From NCBI GenBank assembly GCA_963667845.2, contig CAXXVL010000002.1, forward strand, positions 1,600,001 to 1,664,000: 64,000 nt of DNA, given 5' to 3'. This document shows positions 12,617 to 23,421 of this stretch, piece by piece. Below the pieces are notes generated by a model, which was not told the DNA's origin, ran no database searches, and saw only the letters and a list, made by a program, of their open reading frames with translations. Position 1 is the first letter of the stretch; each line of letters begins with the position of its first letter. Position numbers and translations under genes: made by a program. Source of the DNA: Smithellaceae bacterium. Lineage in GTDB: Bacteria; Desulfobacterota; Syntrophia; Syntrophales; Smithellaceae.

Positions 12617-13039
12617 ATGTTAATGCCAAAACGGGTAAAATATAGAAAATTGCAGAAAGGCCGCATGGGAGGAAAGGCGACCAGAGGCGGGACGATTGCC
12701 TTCGGGGACTATGGCTTGCAGGCGGCTGAATGCGGATGGGTTTCGGCCCGTCAGATCGAAGCGGCGCGCGTTGCGATGACGCGTTATGTAAAGCGCGGCG
12801 GCAAAATATGGATTCGCGTATTTCCACACAAATCCATCACAAAGAAACCTGCTGAAACCCGAATGGGAAAAGGTAAGGGGGCGCCTGAAGGATGGGTGGC
12901 CGTTGTTAAACCAGGTTCAGTCCTCTACGAGATGGAAGGTGTAACCAAAGAGGTGGCTAAAGAAGCATTTCGTTTGGCATCGCATAAACTCTCAATTTCG
13001 ACAAAGTTCTTATCGAGGGAGATATCTGATGAAAATTAG
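12617..13039 (+). CDS. rplP: 50S ribosomal protein L16
   Basis: [12 protein letters not shown] motif. Confidence 0.99.
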   Translation: MLMPKRVKYRKLQKGRMGGKATRGGTIAFGDYGLQAAECGWVSARQIEAARVAMTRYVKRGGKIWIRVFPHKSITKKPAETRMGKGKGAPEGWVAVVKPGSVLYEMEGVTKEVAKEAFRLASHKLSISTKFLSREISDEN

Positions 13040-13223
13040 TGAAATCAGAGGTCTCGGAATCAACGAGCTTCAAATCAAAAGTAAGGAATTAGTGGAAGAA
13101 TTGTTTCGGTTGAAGATTCGGCATGCATCGGGTCAACTCGAATCAACCGCGACGCTGGGGCGGCTGCGCAAGGAAATTGCCCGTATCGCAACGGTGCTGA
13201 AGGAAAAGGAGGCCGCAGGTTAA
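13029..13223 (+). CDS. rpmC: 50S ribosomal protein L29
   Basis: ELFRLK...GQLE...RKEIARIAT; operon position. Confidence 0.97.
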   Translation: MKISEIRGLGINELQIKSKELVEELFRLKIRHASGQLESTATLGRLRKEIARIATVLKEKEAAG

Positions 13224-13224
13224 T

Positions 13225-13482
13225 ATGGCTGAAAAGAGCAACAAGCGCACGATTAAGGGCGTAGTCGTCAGTGACAAAATGGATAAAACCATCGTGGTGA
13301 AGGCCGAAAGACTCGTCAAGCATTCCGTGTTTCATAAATACGTCCGCAGACATGTCAAATACAAGGCCCATGATGAGCAGAATCAGTGCAAAACGGGAGA
13401 TACCGTATTAATCATTGAAGCGCGGCCGATGAGTAAAGACAAACGCTGGCGGATGCTGGAAATTCTGGAGAAAGCGAAATAG
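13225..13482 (+). CDS. rpsQ: 30S ribosomal protein S17
   Basis: [14 protein letters not shown] and RPMSKDKRW motifs. Confidence 0.99.
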   Translation: MAEKSNKRTIKGVVVSDKMDKTIVVKAERLVKHSVFHKYVRRHVKYKAHDEQNQCKTGDTVLIIEARPMSKDKRWRMLEILEKAK

Positions 13483-13528
13483 AAACTTGTCTATCATGGC
13501 AAGGAGCTTGTTTAGGTGGAGTTTATTT

Positions 13529-13897
13529 ATGATTCAGATGCAGACAATACTCAATGTTGCCGATAATTCAGGCGCCAAGCGAGTTGCGTGTATTAAGGTG
13601 CTTGGCGGATCGAAGCGGCGTTACGCCTCCCTGGGTGACATCATCGTCGTGGCTGTAAAAGAGGCGATACCAAATTCCAAGGTGAAAAAAGGCGATGTGA
13701 TGAAAGCGGTCATCGTCCGCACCGTAAAAGAAGTGAAGCGGCCGGACGGATCTTACCTTAAGTTTGATGACAACTCCGCCGTTCTCATCAGCAATCAGAT
13801 GGAACCGGTCGGGACACGAATATTTGGACCCGTTGCCCGTGAACTGAGAGCAAAGCAGTTTATGAAGATTATCTCGCTGGCTCCAGAGGTGTTGTAA
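13529..13897 (+). CDS. rplN: 50S ribosomal protein L14
   Basis: [17 protein letters not shown] and [12 protein letters not shown]; start trimmed to the conserved Met. Confidence 0.99.
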   Translation: MIQMQTILNVADNSGAKRVACIKVLGGSKRRYASLGDIIVVAVKEAIPNSKVKKGDVMKAVIVRTVKEVKRPDGSYLKFDDNSAVLISNQMEPVGTRIFGPVARELRAKQFMKIISLAPEVL

Positions 13898-13919
13898 GCC
13901 TGTTTTGAAGAGGGGAAAA

Positions 13920-14243
13920 ATGAGTTTAGGCAGATTGAAAAAGGGAGATATGGTAAAAGTTCTGGCCGGTAAGGATAAAGGAAAAACCGGCAAGATTCTG
14001 AAAGCCATACCCGAGAAGAACAAAGTGGTCGTCGAGAAGATCAACGTGATCAAGAAGCATAAACGGCCTGATCAGAAGAGCAAAGGCGGTGTCGTGGAAA
14101 AAGAGGCGGCGATGAATATATCCAAGGTCAGCATTATTTGCGGAAAGTGCAAAGAAGCGACCCGGATCAAGAATCGTGTTCTCGAAGACGGCAAGAAGAT
14201 TCGTATCTGCAGCAAGTGCAATGACGTTATCGATGTGGGTTAA
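13920..14243 (+). CDS. rplX: 50S ribosomal protein L24
   Basis: KOW motif KKGDMVKVLAGKDKGK; two CxxC pairs. Confidence 0.98.
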   Translation: MSLGRLKKGDMVKVLAGKDKGKTGKILKAIPEKNKVVVEKINVIKKHKRPDQKSKGGVVEKEAAMNISKVSIICGKCKEATRIKNRVLEDGKKIRICSKCNDVIDVG

Positions 14244-14249
14244 GAAAAA

Positions 14250-14789
14250 ATGGCAAGATTGAGAGATTATTATTTAAAGACTGTAGTGCCGGCTCTGGTC
14301 AAGGAATTTGATTACAAGAATCCCATGCAAGTACCCAAGATCGAGAAGATCGTCGTCAATATGGGTTTAGGCGAGGCCATTTCGAATGTCAAAATCATTG
14401 ATGGCGCCGTGCAGGAAATGGCCATGATTACGGGACAGAAGCCGGTGATCACCAAAGCGAAAAAATCCATTGCAACATTCAAACTTCGCCAGGGCATGCC
14501 GATCGGTTGCTCGGTGACGCTGAGAAAAGAAGTCATGTATGAATTTTTTGATCGCCTTGTGAATGTTGCATTGCCGAAAGTGAGAGACTTTCGGGGTATC
14601 TCGCCGACCGCGTTTGACGGCAGGGGAAATTATTCCATCGGTCTGCACGAACAGATTATTTTCCCGGAAATTGAATACGATAAAATTGAAAAGATCAAGG
14701 GAATGAATATCACCATAGTGACGACGGCGCGAACCGATGAGGAAGCGCGCATGTTGCTGAGGCTGATGGGTGTACCCTTTAAGAATTAA
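14250..14789 (+). CDS. rplE: 50S ribosomal protein L5
   Basis: ITGQKP, FDGRGNY and IFPEI motifs. Confidence 0.99.
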   Translation: MARLRDYYLKTVVPALVKEFDYKNPMQVPKIEKIVVNMGLGEAISNVKIIDGAVQEMAMITGQKPVITKAKKSIATFKLRQGMPIGCSVTLRKEVMYEFFDRLVNVALPKVRDFRGISPTAFDGRGNYSIGLHEQIIFPEIEYDKIEKIKGMNITIVTTARTDEEARMLLRLMGVPFKN

Positions 14790-14814
14790 CGAGTAAGCAC
14801 CGGAGGAAATTCGC

Positions 14815-15000
14815 GTGGCAAAAAAGTCATTAATCGCAAAAGCAAGCAGGAAAGCAAAATTTTCGGTCAGGGAGTACAACCGTTGTCAGATTTGCGGCAG
14901 ACCCCGGGCGTATTATAGAAAATTTGAAATGTGCAGAATTTGTTTAAGGAAACTATCCCTTCAGGGCGAGCTTCCCGGTGTTATAAAATCAAGTTGGTAA
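14815..15000 (+). CDS. rpsN: 30S ribosomal protein S14, short Zn-binding type
   Basis: 61 aa with CQICGRPR...CRIC; GTG start. Confidence 0.98.
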   Translation: MAKKSLIAKASRKAKFSVREYNRCQICGRPRAYYRKFEMCRICLRKLSLQGELPGVIKSSW

Positions 15001-15022
15001 TTATAGCTTAAGGAGAAAAAGC

Positions 15023-15424
15023 ATGGGGATGACGGATCCTATTGCCGATATGCTGACCAGAATTCGAAACGGAAATAAAGCTCGTTTCAAAAGCGTTAAT
15101 GTAACCATGTCGCAAATGAATATGAATATTGCCAAAGTTTTGAAAGCGACAGGGTATATCAACAATTATGATACAACAAAGGATGAGAAGGACCGTCCGA
15201 TGCTGAAGATCACTCTCAAATATCCGGATGCAAAACATACGGTGATCACAGACATCAAAAGAGTCAGCAAGCCCGGACGCAGGGTTTATGTCCCGGCGGA
15301 TAAGATTCCCAAGGTCCTGAACGGTTTTGGTGTCTCGATTCTTTCGACGTCCCGTGGTGTCATCACGGATCAGGAAGCCAGAGAGTCCAATGTCGGTGGT
15401 GAAATTCTTTGTAAGGTTTGGTAA
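15023..15424 (+). CDS. rpsH: 30S ribosomal protein S8
   Basis: DPIADMLTRIRN and SKPGRRVY motifs. Confidence 0.99.
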   Translation: MGMTDPIADMLTRIRNGNKARFKSVNVTMSQMNMNIAKVLKATGYINNYDTTKDEKDRPMLKITLKYPDAKHTVITDIKRVSKPGRRVYVPADKIPKVLNGFGVSILSTSRGVITDQEARESNVGGEILCKVW

Positions 15425-15457
15425 TTCAATATAGATTTTAGACGGGAGTCCTTGTTC

Positions 15458-16000
15458 ATGTCGAGAATAGGTAAAAAGCCGGTCACTTTTCCCAAGAATG
15501 TAAAAATCAGCCAAAGTGGCGGTATTGTCAAAGTGGAGGGCCCGAAGGGCGCGTTATCTTCGAAATTGCCGGATGGTATAACGATGGTCGTCTCCGACAA
15601 TCAATTGTCCGTCGAACGGCAATCAGAAGATCGTCTTGTCCGTTCATTTCATGGCCTGGCCAGAACACTGATCAACAATATGGTGACAGGTGTCAGCACC
15701 GGCTTCGAAAAAGGACTGGAAATATCGGGCGTCGGTTATCGTGCCGAAGTCGCCGGTTCGACCCTGAAACTTGTTTTAGGTTTTTCGAGTCCCGTGGAAT
15801 ACAGCATTCCCAAAGGAATTGATGTAAAGGTCGATAAACAGGTAAACCTGGTGGTTTCCGGAATTAATAAGGAACTCGTTGGCCGGGTAGCTTCGGAAAT
15901 TCGTTCGCTGAAGAAGCCTGAACCCTACAAAGGCAAAGGCATCAAATACGTGGGTGAGCATATACGGCGCAAAGCAGGAAAAGCGGCGGGCGCTAAATAA
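15458..16000 (+). CDS. rplF: 50S ribosomal protein L6
   Basis: MSRIGKKP and PEPYKGKGIKY motifs. Confidence 0.99.
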   Translation: MSRIGKKPVTFPKNVKISQSGGIVKVEGPKGALSSKLPDGITMVVSDNQLSVERQSEDRLVRSFHGLARTLINNMVTGVSTGFEKGLEISGVGYRAEVAGSTLKLVLGFSSPVEYSIPKGIDVKVDKQVNLVVSGINKELVGRVASEIRSLKKPEPYKGKGIKYVGEHIRRKAGKAAGAK

Positions 16001-16035
16001 GAATTCATTACTTATAGGCTAAAAGAGGTGGAACA

Positions 16036-16401
16036 TTGGCTTCCAAAAAGACACTAAAAATCAGAGATAAGAGAGAAAAAAGAGTCAGGGGAAAACTTAC
16101 GGGAACGTCAGAGCGGCCCCGTCTTTCTGTTTTCCGGTCGGATAAACACATCTACGCTCAGGTCATCAACGATGCTCAGGGGACAACAATCGCCATGGCG
16201 TCTACGTTGAGCAAAGAGTTGGCCGGTAAATTCAAAGGCATTAAGAAAGTGGATGTGGCCAAGGAAGTAGGCAAACTGATTGCGGCGCGTTTGCAGACCC
16301 TGGGCGTGGAAAAAGTCGTTTTTGATAGAGGGCGATTTCTCTATCACGGCCGCGTGAAAGCCCTAGCCGATGCAGCGCGGGAAACTGGTCTTAAATTTTA
16401 A
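16036..16401 (+). CDS. rplR: 50S ribosomal protein L18
   Basis: RPRLSVFRS and [14 protein letters not shown] motifs; TTG start. Confidence 0.99.
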   Translation: MASKKTLKIRDKREKRVRGKLTGTSERPRLSVFRSDKHIYAQVINDAQGTTIAMASTLSKELAGKFKGIKKVDVAKEVGKLIAARLQTLGVEKVVFDRGRFLYHGRVKALADAARETGLKF

Positions 16402-16422
16402 CTCAATTAGTGAATAGAACTC

Positions 16423-16920
16423 ATGATAAGGGAAGAATCGTTGGAAAAAAAGGAAATGAAAGATGTAGAGCTCCTCGACCGAGTCATTGCCATTAATCGT
16501 ACGGCAAAAGTCGTTAAGGGAGGAAGGCGGTTTCGTTTCAGTGCGATCGTCGTGGTCGGTGACGGCCAGGGAATGGTCGGTGCCGGCTTGGGCAAAGCGC
16601 ATGAGGTTCCCGAAGCAATTCGCAAGGGGATGGAAATGGCCAAGAAGAATATGGTTAAGGTTGCCGTGGCCAACAAAACGATTCCCTATGAAGTTCTGGG
16701 AAAGTTCGGCGCGGGTAAAGTGTTGCTGAAACCGGCGTCGGAAGGAACAGGCTTGATCGCCGGCGGCGCAGTGAGAGCCGTATTGGAAGTGGCCGGTGTT
16801 CATAATATTTTGACAAAATGCTTAGGTTCACACAATCCGCACAACTTGGTCAAGGCAACCGTCGAAGGGCTTTGCCAGTTGAAGAGTCCGGCGGATATTG
16901 CTGCCCAGCGTGGCAAGTAA
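16423..16920 (+). CDS. rpsE: 30S ribosomal protein S5 (start uncertain; 16441 or 16456 possible)
   Basis: [13 protein letters not shown] and [15 protein letters not shown] motifs. Confidence 0.98.
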   Translation: MIREESLEKKEMKDVELLDRVIAINRTAKVVKGGRRFRFSAIVVVGDGQGMVGAGLGKAHEVPEAIRKGMEMAKKNMVKVAVANKTIPYEVLGKFGAGKVLLKPASEGTGLIAGGAVRAVLEVAGVHNILTKCLGSHNPHNLVKATVEGLCQLKSPADIAAQRGK

Positions 16921-16943
16921 AATATGACGAGGGTGTTGATACA

Positions 16944-17132
16944 GTGGCTAAAATGTTAAAAGTAAAAATGGTAAAAAGCGTTATCACGCGGCCGGAAAAA
17001 CAAAGAAAAATTCTGCGTGGTATGGGACTTAAGAAATTGAATAGCACTGTGACTCTGGTGGATACTCCGGAGATCCGTGGCATGATAAATAAAGTGATCC
17101 ACCTCGTTTCTGTGGAAGAGTCAAAGGAGTAG
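16944..17132 (+). CDS. rpmD: 50S ribosomal protein L30
   Basis: DTPEIRGMINKV; lies between rpsE and rplO; GTG start. Confidence 0.96.
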   Translation: MAKMLKVKMVKSVITRPEKQRKILRGMGLKKLNSTVTLVDTPEIRGMINKVIHLVSVEESKE

Positions 17133-17135
17133 GTT

Positions 17136-17582
17136 ATGGATTTGAGTTCTCTCAATGCACCCGCCGGAGCGACAAAGAAAAGAAAGCGCGTTGGCCGAGG
17201 GGATGCGTCCGGTCACGGAGGAACATCCGGCAAAGGTCATAAGGGCCAGAAGGCTCGCTCGGGGGGCTATGTGCGGGATGGTTTTGAAGGCGGTCAAATG
17301 CCCATGTCCCGGCGGTTGCCGAAAAGAGGTTTCCGCAATCTGTTTCGCGAAAGCTACGTTGCGGTGAATATCATGGATTTATGCCGCAAATTTCAGAAGG
17401 GCGCCGTCATCGATGAGGCGGCTATCTTAGCCAGTGGACTTGTCAAGAAGAAGGCCGACGGGATTAAAATCCTGGCCAAAGGCGATATTGATTTTCCAGT
17501 AACCGTAAAAGTAGCTAAAATCAGTTCGGCCGCAAAAGCAAAAATCACCGCTGCGGGCGGATCTATTGAAGAGGTAATCTAA
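17136..17582 (+). CDS. rplO: 50S ribosomal protein L15
   Basis: [10 protein letters not shown] and [16 protein letters not shown] motifs. Confidence 0.99.
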   Translation: MDLSSLNAPAGATKKRKRVGRGDASGHGGTSGKGHKGQKARSGGYVRDGFEGGQMPMSRRLPKRGFRNLFRESYVAVNIMDLCRKFQKGAVIDEAAILASGLVKKKADGIKILAKGDIDFPVTVKVAKISSAAKAKITAAGGSIEEVI

Positions 17583-17583
17583 T

Positions 17584-18891
17584 TTGCTAGAGGGATTAGG
17601 CGGCGTTTCTAAAATACCGGAATTGCAGAGAAGAATATTGTTTACGCTGCTTCTTCTTGCAGTTTATCGTGTCGGTGTCTTTATTCCAACCCCTGGAATT
17701 GACAATACCGCATTGCTGGCTTTCTTTGAGCATGCCCGCGGCTCCATGCTGGGTTTGATGGATTTGTTTGCGGGCGGCGCATTGAGCACATTTTCAATCT
17801 TTGCTCTCGGCATTATGCCATATATCACCTCGTCGATTATCATTAATTTATTGACCGTCGCCATTCCGCATCTGGAAAAGCTTTCCAAGGAAGGCGAAAA
17901 CGGACGCAGAAAAATCACGCAGTACACGCGTTACGGCACAGTCGGTTTAAGTATTATTCAGGGATTTGGCATCGCGTGGGGATTGCAACACATGGCGAGT
18001 CCGTCCGGCGCTCCCATTGTTTTGAATGCCGGCTGGTCATTTATTTTAATGACGATTATTACACTGACTTCCGGTACCTCATTCTTAATGTGGCTCGGCG
18101 AAACCATTACTGAAAAAGGTATTGGCAACGGCATATCGCTCATCATTTTTGCGGGTATTGTCTGCAACATTCCGCGGGCGATCGGCAGCACATGGACGTT
18201 GTATACATCCGGTGAATTGCATTTTGCTATTTTGTTCTTATTACTTATTTTTATGATTTTAGTCATCGGTGCCATCGTTTTTGTGGAAGCGGCGCAAAGA
18301 CGAATACCCGTTCAATATGCGAAAAGAATTGTCGGCCGAAAGATGTATGGCGGACAGACGACCCATTTGCCACTCAAGATTAATTCATCTGGAGTTATTC
18401 CGCCGATTTTCGCATCTTCGGTAATTATGTTTCCGGCGACGATTGCCAACTTCGCGCCGCAGGGCTGGATGCAGACGGCTGCCGGGTTTTTAAAACCGGG
18501 ACAGGTCGGGTATGAAATCCTTTTTGTGGCCTTGATCTTCTTCTTCTGCTTCTTCTATACAGCGGTTACGATTAAGCCGGATGACATGGCCGAAAATATG
18601 AAGAAGTACGGTGGATATGTTCCGGGAATCCGGCCGGGCAAGAAAACGGCAGAGTACATCGAAGAAATTCTGGAAAGGCTCACGTTCAGTGGAGCAATTT
18701 ATGTTTCCATCATCTGCGTTCTGCCGAGCGTTTTGATTTCGCAATTAAATACGCCGTTCTATTTCGGCGGTACATCCTTGCTGATTGTCGTCGGCGTTGC
18801 GATGGATACGGCAAGCCAGATAGAGTCGCACTTGTTAACCCGTCAATATGAAGGGTTTATGAAAAAAGGTCATATTGCACGCAGACGGTAA
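17584..18891 (+). CDS. secY: Preprotein translocase SecY
   Basis: SIFALGIMPYITSSII, GIGNGISLIIF and FGGTSLLIVVGV motifs. Confidence 0.99.
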   Translation: MLEGLGGVSKIPELQRRILFTLLLLAVYRVGVFIPTPGIDNTALLAFFEHARGSMLGLMDLFAGGALSTFSIFALGIMPYITSSIIINLLTVAIPHLEKLSKEGENGRRKITQYTRYGTVGLSIIQGFGIAWGLQHMASPSGAPIVLNAGWSFILMTIITLTSGTSFLMWLGETITEKGIGNGISLIIFAGIVCNIPRAIGSTWTLYTSGELHFAILFLLLIFMILVIGAIVFVEAAQRRIPVQYAKRIVGRKMYGGQTTHLPLKINSSGVIPPIFASSVIMFPATIANFAPQGWMQTAAGFLKPGQVGYEILFVALIFFFCFFYTAVTIKPDDMAENMKKYGGYVPGIRPGKKTAEYIEEILERLTFSGAIYVSIICVLPSVLISQLNTPFYFGGTSLLIVVGVAMDTASQIESHLLTRQYEGFMKKGHIARRR

Positions 18892-18918
18892 TCTGGTTAT
18901 CCTAAAAGGTTAAGGCTC

Positions 18919-19668
18919 ATGGTCCTTTTGAAGCAGCCGGATGAAATAGCAAAAGCCAGAGCGGCAAACCGGATTGTGGCAGATGTATTAAGTGTTCTTC
19001 GAGAAAAGATTAAGCCGGGCGTAACGACTCGGGAGTTGGATAGAATAGCGGAGAGTCTTACGGAAAAAAGGGGCGCGAAACCGGCGTTCAAAGGATATCG
19101 GGGTTACCCCTTTTCACTGTGCACCTCGGTCAATGAAGAAGTTGTTCATGGGATGCCTTCGAATCGGATTTTAGTCGAGGGCGACATTATAGGACTTGAT
19201 TTTGGTGTTTATTATCAGGGACTTTACGGTGACTCAGCCATAACGCTTCCGGTCGGCAAGGCCAGTGACCAGGCAGCAAGCCTCATGCGGGTGACCGAGC
19301 AGAGCTTGTCTGAGGCCATTAGCCAGGTTTGCGAAGGAAACCGCCTGGGGGATATTTCGGCTGCGGTGCAGGAAACAGTCGAAGCGAACGGCTATTCGGT
19401 TGTCCGGGATTTTGTTGGTCATGGCATTGGCAGGAGTTTGCATGAAGACCCCCAGATACCGAATTTTGGAAAAAAAGGCCGGGGAATAGAACTGAAAAAA
19501 GGCATGATTCTGGCCATCGAGCCGATGGTCAATGCCGGGAAACATAAAGTTAAGATTCTGCAGGACGGCTGGACAGTCATTACCGCGGATGGAAGTTTAT
19601 CGGCTCATTTTGAACACTCCGTGGCAATCACGGATAACGGACCGGAGATTTTAAGCAGATTAAGTTAA
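18919..19668 (+). CDS. map: Methionine aminopeptidase type I
   Basis: SVNEEVVHG, GHGIG..LHEDP, AIEPM and SAHFEH motifs. Confidence 0.99.
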   Translation: MVLLKQPDEIAKARAANRIVADVLSVLREKIKPGVTTRELDRIAESLTEKRGAKPAFKGYRGYPFSLCTSVNEEVVHGMPSNRILVEGDIIGLDFGVYYQGLYGDSAITLPVGKASDQAASLMRVTEQSLSEAISQVCEGNRLGDISAAVQETVEANGYSVVRDFVGHGIGRSLHEDPQIPNFGKKGRGIELKKGMILAIEPMVNAGKHKVKILQDGWTVITADGSLSAHFEHSVAITDNGPEILSRLS

Positions 19669-19710
19669 TTAAGTTCTTAAATTTAACGGCAGAATGATTA
19701 GAAAGAAGAT

Positions 19711-19929
19711 ATGGCGAAAGAGGAAGCAATAGAAGTTGAAGGTCGGGTCCTTGAGCCGCTGCCCAATGCCATGTTTCGGGTTGAACTGGAAAACGGGCAT
19801 AAGGTTCTGGCGCACATATCCGGAAAAATGCGGATGCATTTCATAAAAATTTTGCCGGGGGACAAAGTCACGGTAGAGCTTTCCCCCTACGATCTGACCC
19901 GGGGCCGGATCACTTACAGAACGAAATAA
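19711..19929 (+). CDS. infA: Translation initiation factor IF-1
   Basis: LAHISGKMR and [15 protein letters not shown] motifs. Confidence 0.99.
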   Translation: MAKEEAIEVEGRVLEPLPNAMFRVELENGHKVLAHISGKMRMHFIKILPGDKVTVELSPYDLTRGRITYRTK

Positions 19930-19963
19930 AGTTTTTTTTTACTGAAGATAAGGAGTTTGCAGC

Positions 19964-20077
19964 GTGAAAGTAAGATCATCCGTAAAGAAAATATGCGAGA
20001 AGTGTAAAATCGTTAAGCGCAAGGGTGTTTTACGCGTCATTTGTGAAAACCCGAAACATAAGCAGCGTCAGGGCTAG
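19964..20077 (+). CDS. rpmJ: 50S ribosomal protein L36 (not in the ORF track)
   Basis: Hand translation from GTG gives [46 protein letters not shown]. Confidence 0.98.
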   Translation: MKVRSSVKKICEKCKIVKRKGVLRVICENPKHKQRQG

Positions 20078-20101
20078 TTTAAACATTTCAGGAGGTTATA
20101 G

Positions 20102-20470
20102 GTGGCACGAATTTCAGGTGTTGATTTACCGAAAAATAAGAGAATGGAAGTTGCTCTAACTTACATTTATGGTATCGGCAAGACGAGGGCGAAGGAGATC
20201 CTGAAAGAGTCGGGCGTAAGCCCGGATACAAAGACTGATGAACTGGCCGACTCCGAAATATCAGCGATCAGAGGCATTATCGATCGGGAAGGAAAGGTGG
20301 AAGGCGATCTTCGCCGGGAAATTTCCATGTCGATAAAACGCTTAATGGATATCGGTGCTTATCGTGGTTTGCGCCACCGTAAAGGCCTTCCGACAAGAGG
20401 GCAGAGGACGCATACCAACGCAAGGACCAGAAAAGGTCCGAGAAGGGCAATCGCGGGTAAGAAAAAGTAG
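20102..20470 (+). CDS. rpsM: 30S ribosomal protein S13
   Basis: ARISGVDLP and [14 protein letters not shown] motifs. Confidence 0.99.
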   Translation: MARISGVDLPKNKRMEVALTYIYGIGKTRAKEILKESGVSPDTKTDELADSEISAIRGIIDREGKVEGDLRREISMSIKRLMDIGAYRGLRHRKGLPTRGQRTHTNARTRKGPRRAIAGKKK

Positions 20471-20498
20471 TTGGAATTAATTTTCGACCGGAGGAAAC

Positions 20499-20891
20499 AT
20501 GGCGAAAGCAGTCAGAAAAACAGGTAAGAAAAAGGAAAAGAAAAATATAACGGAAGGGGTTGCTCATATTCAATCCACTTTCAATAATACGATTATCACG
20601 ATCACGGATATGAGCGGCAACGTTGTTTCCTGGTCATCGGCGGGACTGCAGGGCTTCAAGGGTTCCCGCAAGAGCACGCCTTTTGCCGCGCAGATGGCAG
20701 CGGAAGACGCCGTGCGTAAAGCGAAGGATCAGGGCATGCGGAGGGTTCAGGTTTACATCAAAGGCCCGGGTGCCGGCCGGGAGTCGGCCTTGCGTTCGTT
20801 GCAGCTGGCCGGATTAACGATCACCATGATCAGAGATGTCACGCCTGTCCCGCATAACGGTTGCAGACCGCCGAAGCGGCGCAGGGTATAA
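20499..20891 (+). CDS. rpsK: 30S ribosomal protein S11
   Basis: STFNNT and [18 protein letters not shown] motifs. Confidence 0.99.
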   Translation: MAKAVRKTGKKKEKKNITEGVAHIQSTFNNTIITITDMSGNVVSWSSAGLQGFKGSRKSTPFAAQMAAEDAVRKAKDQGMRRVQVYIKGPGAGRESALRSLQLAGLTITMIRDVTPVPHNGCRPPKRRRV

Positions 20892-20938
20892 CACAATAAA
20901 TATTTCAAGTAAGATTAGAGATTAAAGGGAGGCGTTTT

Positions 20939-21568
20939 TTGGCAAGATATACGGATTCCTCATGCAGACAGTGTCGCCGGGAAGGCTTGAAGCTTTTTCT
21001 GAAAGGCGATCGTTGTTATTCAGAAAAGTGTGCCTTTGAAAGAAGGGGCTATGCTCCGGGAGATCACGGACAATCCCATAAGAAGCAGCAGTCGGATTAC
21101 GGCACGCAGTTACGCGAAAAGCAAAAGCTCAAGAGAATGTATGGGCTTTTAGAAAAACAATTTCACGGTTACTTCGAAAAGGCCGATCGGCAGAAGGGCA
21201 TCACCGGTACGAATTTGCTGGTGCTTCTGGAACGCAGGCTCGACAATATGGTGTTTCGCCTCGGATTTTCCAATTCCCGGGTCGAGGCAAGGCAGCTGAT
21301 CAGCCACAGCCATTTTCTGGTGAACGGCAAAGCGGTCAACATCCCTTCGTACCTGCTCAAGGCAGGCGATGAAGTCACGATTAAAGAAGGTTCGCGTAAG
21401 ATTAATCGAATACTGGAAGCAATGGAAACCGTCGCGAGGCGCGGCATGCCACATTGGCTGGAACTGGATAAAGACAACTTTAAGGCGACCATTAAAATGT
21501 TGCCGGTTCGTGAAGATTTAACCATGCCGGTACAGGAACAGCTTATCGTAGAACTTTATTCGAAGTAA
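20939..21568 (+). CDS. rpsD: 30S ribosomal protein S4 (Cys-rich N-terminus)
   Basis: LERRLDN and [10 protein letters not shown] motifs; TTG start. Confidence 0.99.
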   Translation: MARYTDSSCRQCRREGLKLFLKGDRCYSEKCAFERRGYAPGDHGQSHKKQQSDYGTQLREKQKLKRMYGLLEKQFHGYFEKADRQKGITGTNLLVLLERRLDNMVFRLGFSNSRVEARQLISHSHFLVNGKAVNIPSYLLKAGDEVTIKEGSRKINRILEAMETVARRGMPHWLELDKDNFKATIKMLPVREDLTMPVQEQLIVELYSK

Positions 21569-21612
21569 GCAAATATAATATTTAATAAACCAGCTTAAGA
21601 GTGGGGTTGATT

Positions 21613-22584
21613 ATGCAGAGAAACTGGTCGAGTTTGATTCGTCCCAAACGTGTTGATGTTGATGAAGCGACACATACACGGTTTTATGGAGAATTTACAA
21701 TTCAGCCGTTAGAAAGAGGATTTGGTATAACACTGGGCAATGCGCTGAGAAGAGTGCTTTTGTCTTCCATTCAAGGTGGGGCGATTACGTCAATCAAGCT
21801 TGATGGCGTCCTGCACGAGTTTTCTACGATTCCCGGAATTAAAGAAGACGTCACGGATGTTATATTGAATCTGAAGGGTGTACGCTTCAAACTGGGAACA
21901 GCCGATACAAAAGTTGTAAAATTTAATATTACCAGCGCTGGCGTCATTACAGCCGGTGATATTGTCACCGATGGAACCATTGAGGTCTTAAATCCAGATC
22001 ATTACATCGCCACCTTATCGGGCGGCGGCTCTTTTAAGGCGGAAATGGTCGTGAAAATGGGCAAGGGATATACGGCGGCCAAGAAGGAACTGGAACCGGA
22101 TCAGCCGGAAGGCACGATCAATATCGATGCCATCTTTTCTCCGATCAAAAAAGTGAATTACGTAGTTTCACACGCCCGCGTCGGCCAGATCACGGATTAT
22201 GATAAACTGGTGATGGAAGTCTGGACCGACGGCAGCCTGAATCCCGGCGACGCCATCGCGTACGCGGCTAAGATTTTAAAACAGCAGTTGGACGTCTTCA
22301 TTAACTTTGAAGAAGTCGAAGAGGAAATTGTTCCGGAAAAAGAAGACGAAAAAGGAAATGTCAACGAAATTCTCATGCGGTCTGTTGAAGATCTGGAGCT
22401 CTCCGTACGGTCCGCCAATTGCCTGAAGAACGCGGGAATCAATACGATCGGGGAATTGGTTCAGAAGACCGAAGCCGACATGCTCAAAACAAAGAATTTC
22501 GGCCGCAAGTCTCTCTCCGAGATCAAGGATATCCTGAACGAATACGGCCTTGTTTTCGGAATGAAGCTGGATATCAATTCCTGA
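21613..22584 (+). CDS. rpoA: RNA polymerase alpha subunit
   Basis: [32 protein letters not shown] and KNFGRKSL motifs. Confidence 0.99.
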   Translation: MQRNWSSLIRPKRVDVDEATHTRFYGEFTIQPLERGFGITLGNALRRVLLSSIQGGAITSIKLDGVLHEFSTIPGIKEDVTDVILNLKGVRFKLGTADTKVVKFNITSAGVITAGDIVTDGTIEVLNPDHYIATLSGGGSFKAEMVVKMGKGYTAAKKELEPDQPEGTINIDAIFSPIKKVNYVVSHARVGQITDYDKLVMEVWTDGSLNPGDAIAYAAKILKQQLDVFINFEEVEEEIVPEKEDEKGNVNEILMRSVEDLELSVRSANCLKNAGINTIGELVQKTEADMLKTKNFGRKSLSEIKDILNEYGLVFGMKLDINS

Positions 22585-22670
22585 AGAGCGGCGATGCAAG
22601 AAGTCTCCCAAAACGAAAACACTATTGATCAATCGTCACGATTGGACAGTCAGGAAAGGAAAGTTAAACA

Positions 22671-23084
22671 ATGTATCATGGTAAGGCGGGCAGAAAATTA
22701 GGACGAACGTCCAGCCATCGGGAAGCCATGTTTCGCAATATGGTGACATCGATTATCAAACATGAAAGTATTCGGACGACGGATACGATGGCCAAGGAAG
22801 TGCGCAAGCTGGCGGACAAGATGATCACGCTGGGCAAAAGAGGCGACCTTCATGCGAGACGGCAGGCACTATCGATTGTCCGGGATAAAGACATGGTCGG
22901 TAAACTTTTCGGGGAACTGACCGAGCGATTCCGCAATCGTGCCGGCGGTTATACACGCATCCTCAAAGTCGGATACCGCTTTGGCGACAATGCGCCTGTT
23001 TCCATTCTGGAATACCTTCCTGATGAGAAAAAGAAAGAGAAGGCCAAACCGAAATCAAAAGCAAAGGCCAAGACGGCGGAATAG
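22671..23084 (+). CDS. rplQ: 50S ribosomal protein L17
   Basis: [10 protein letters not shown] and GGYTRI...R.GDNA motifs. Confidence 0.99.
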   Translation: MYHGKAGRKLGRTSSHREAMFRNMVTSIIKHESIRTTDTMAKEVRKLADKMITLGKRGDLHARRQALSIVRDKDMVGKLFGELTERFRNRAGGYTRILKVGYRFGDNAPVSILEYLPDEKKKEKAKPKSKAKAKTAE

Positions 23085-23104
23085 CAAATTCTATGAGTAA
23101 TCAG

Positions 23105-23134
23105 AAGGCAGGGCGCAAACCCTGCCTTTTTTTT
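23105..23134 (+). terminator. Rho-independent terminator ending the ribosomal superoperon
   Basis: AAGGCAGGG-cgcaaa-CCCTGCCTT stem followed by a T run. Confidence 0.9.
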
Positions 23135-23305
23135 GTGTGTCCGCCAGGCATCGTGAGATGTGTCCGTTTCCTCCTCGTTCAAATAATTTCCGAAACCAGA
23201 CAGACCTCGTCAATCCAGGCGGTTGACTGAATCAGCCGTTTTGCAAAGTGCTCAGACAACGCGTCCCAATTGAATTCAGGGATGCCGGCTTATCTTTCCC
23301 AATTT

Positions 23306-23348
23306 ATAACTGTATCGACATCATTTTGTAATAAACAACCTCTATAAG
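23306..23348 (+). promoter_or_regulatory. Pho-box-like direct repeats plus -10 element upstream of the porin-like gene
   Basis: ATAAC/GACAT/GTAAT at 23306/23317/23328 (11-bp period); TATAAG starts 15 nt after the last half-site, the same geometry as at pstS. Confidence 0.6.
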
Positions 23349-23421
23349 CTGGTCCATGACGAATGAGGATAAGCCGCTGACTTTGGCTGATCTTTATTAA
23401 AACCATTTTAGGAGGAAAGAA

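Noticed and set aside
22560..22670. Short rpoA C-terminus; possible TGA readthrough or frameshift
   Set aside because: The alpha-CTD is complete, this tail is variable, and TGA acts as a normal stop elsewhere (pstB, phoU).
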